From a virus (taxonomy: Duplodnaviria; Caudoviricetes), in the IMG/VR virus record IMGVR_UViG_3300036647_000024, positions 4,985 to 68,984 of that record: a stretch of 64,000 nucleotides of DNA. One strand, given 5' to 3'. Below are positions 62,746 through 64,000 of this stretch, one piece after another. Every line of letters begins with the position of its first letter. Within the stretch, counting starts at the first letter, position 1. The position numbers and the translations under genes were made by a program. The notes under the pieces are model-generated. The model was not told the DNA's origin, ran no database searches, and saw nothing but the letters and a program-made list of their open reading frames with translations.

Positions 62746-64000
62746 ATGGCTGCACCAACAATCACAAACGTCTATCCTGCTCCTAATTCTCCTGGTATAC
62801 CAATTGGAGATCAAATTGTTGTTACTTTTAACCAGGAGATGGATACATCTTCTATTAATACTGGAACATTTGTTCTAGCCGCTCCAGATAATGGTGTTGT
62901 TTTTGGCCCTGGTCTACAACCTATTGATGATACAGGACAAAATCTAATAAATTCACCATATTATGGTGGTTTTGTAGAAGGTACAATATCATTCTCTAGA
63001 GTAGATATCTATGGAACTACTATTGATGATGATTTAGTAGACACTACTGGTGATAGAACACTATGGCGTACAGTTGCTATATTCACTCCTTCTCAGCCTC
63101 TTAAAGAAAATTCTGATTATACTGTTATTGTTGCTGGTGATGAAGACCAAACTAACGCTTTTGATAGCGGCGTAAAAACAAGAACTGTATTTGATCCTAT
63201 AGCTGTAGTTGTAACCGGTTCTGGTAGTATTGAATTTAGTGGTGGATATACTGGTTCTACTACTAGAACCTATGTTGTAGAGATTACTGCTGGTGGTTAT
63301 ACAGGGACTGCTACTTATCATTGGTGGAATCAATCTGCTCCTTTAGTAACTAAAGACGGTGTAACGACAACTGGTGATAGAGAACTAGAAGATGGAATTA
63401 TAGTCAACTTTAGTCATGATGGTATCTTCTCTAATGGAGATCGTTGGACTGTTGTTGTTGCTCCTGCAGAACTTATGGCTGCTAATTATACGTGGTCATT
63501 TACTACAGGTAGTGGATCTATTACTACTCCTCCATCAAGTTATAGTACAAGTGGAATAGAAGATCTTAGTACAGCTGAGGCAGAGGGGATTCTTACAGTA
63601 GATGAAGTCACTCCATACGGAGGGCAATATGGGGTGACTATATCTACTAATCCATATCTTGGAGAAGTAATTACTATACATTTTGCTGGAACAAGTCTAG
63701 TTGATGAAACTACTTTAGTTGGTGCAATTGATGTTCGGTCTGAGTCTGCTCTTGGCGGCACAACAACAACAGCCACAGGAGACTTAGACTTTGATGCTGT
63801 GTTAACAGGTAATACTTTAACAATAACATTAGATCCAGGACAACTATATCAAAATAACATTGTTATTGTTACTCTAGATAAAGATATTGCAAATGCTGCT
63901 GGAGATACATTAAACGAAAATTATGTAACTTATTTTTCTACTACATATACTCCTTTATATACAAGCAGAAGAAGAATTTTATCTGAAATGGGAGGATTAC
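62746..64000 (+). CDS. Ig-like (Big_5/SbsA-type) domain virion protein, truncated by the window end
   Basis: GGAGG SD; MAAPTITNVYPAPNSPGIPIGDQIVVTFNQEMD..F.P.QPL.EN..Y.V; I found no stop before 64000. Confidence 0.75.
   Translation, partial: MAAPTITNVYPAPNSPGIPIGDQIVVTFNQEMDTSSINTGTFVLAAPDNGVVFGPGLQPIDDTGQNLINSPYYGGFVEGTISFSRVDIYGTTIDDDLVDTTGDRTLWRTVAIFTPSQPLKENSDYTVIVAGDEDQTNAFDSGVKTRTVFDPIAVVVTGSGSIEFSGGYTGSTTRTYVVEITAGGYTGTATYHWWNQSAPLVTKDGVTTTGDRELEDGIIVNFSHDGIFSNGDRWTVVVAPAELMAANYTWSFTTGSGSITTPPSSYSTSGIEDLSTAEAEGILTVDEVTPYGGQYGVTISTNPYLGEVITIHFAGTSLVDETTLVGAIDVRSESALGGTTTTATGDLDFDAVLTGNTLTITLDPGQLYQNNIVIVTLDKDIANAAGDTLNENYVTYFSTTYTPLYTSRRRILSEMGGL

Noticed and set aside
54341-63776. Assorted short minus-strand ORFs within the head genes
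   Set aside because: Antisense shadows of long, well-formed plus-strand structural genes.
1-64000. Alternative genetic code (TAG or TGA recoding)
   Set aside because: Long genes such as TerL, portal and MCP are open in code 11, TAG and TGA serve as normal stops, and no suppressor tRNA was seen.

Overview
64 kb of a large, AT-rich tailed bacteriophage genome read in the standard genetic code; no host can be assigned from the sequence. Positions 1-35.9 kb are a minus-strand arm of small accessory genes, heavily expanded by paralogy (about 10 CPY-type Cys4 miniproteins, treble-clef zinc fingers, pentapeptide-repeat proteins, two prepilin-like proteins). This arm contains an RNA-gene-rich zone at 9.6-21.2 kb with tRNAs, a tmRNA, tRNA remnants and several unexplained structured RNAs. 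A compositionally distinct switch region at about 35.1-36.1 kb may be a genome end or origin. Positions 36.2-64 kb are on the plus strand: HNH, a stand-alone terminase-like ATPase, Hsp20, a PHP-fold protein, a 1195-aa exonuclease/SNase/kinase fusion, then the head module (intein-split TerL, portal, protease/scaffold, decoration protein, major capsid protein, Ig-like protein running off the end). The most striking system is a tRNA-Leu(UAA) gene split after the wobble U by a trnL-type group I intron. The intron carries an HNH ORF on the opposite strand, looped out of P6, with its own Shine-Dalgarno and a sigma70-like promoter written into the antisense of the ribozyme core. Also notable: a 198-nt tRNA-like RNA whose anticodon arm is replaced by a branched domain, a ~480-nt ORF-free hairpin-rich RNA candidate, and a systematic CTA in place of CCA at tRNA 3' ends. 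All domain calls are from motif recognition by eye; no database searches were run.
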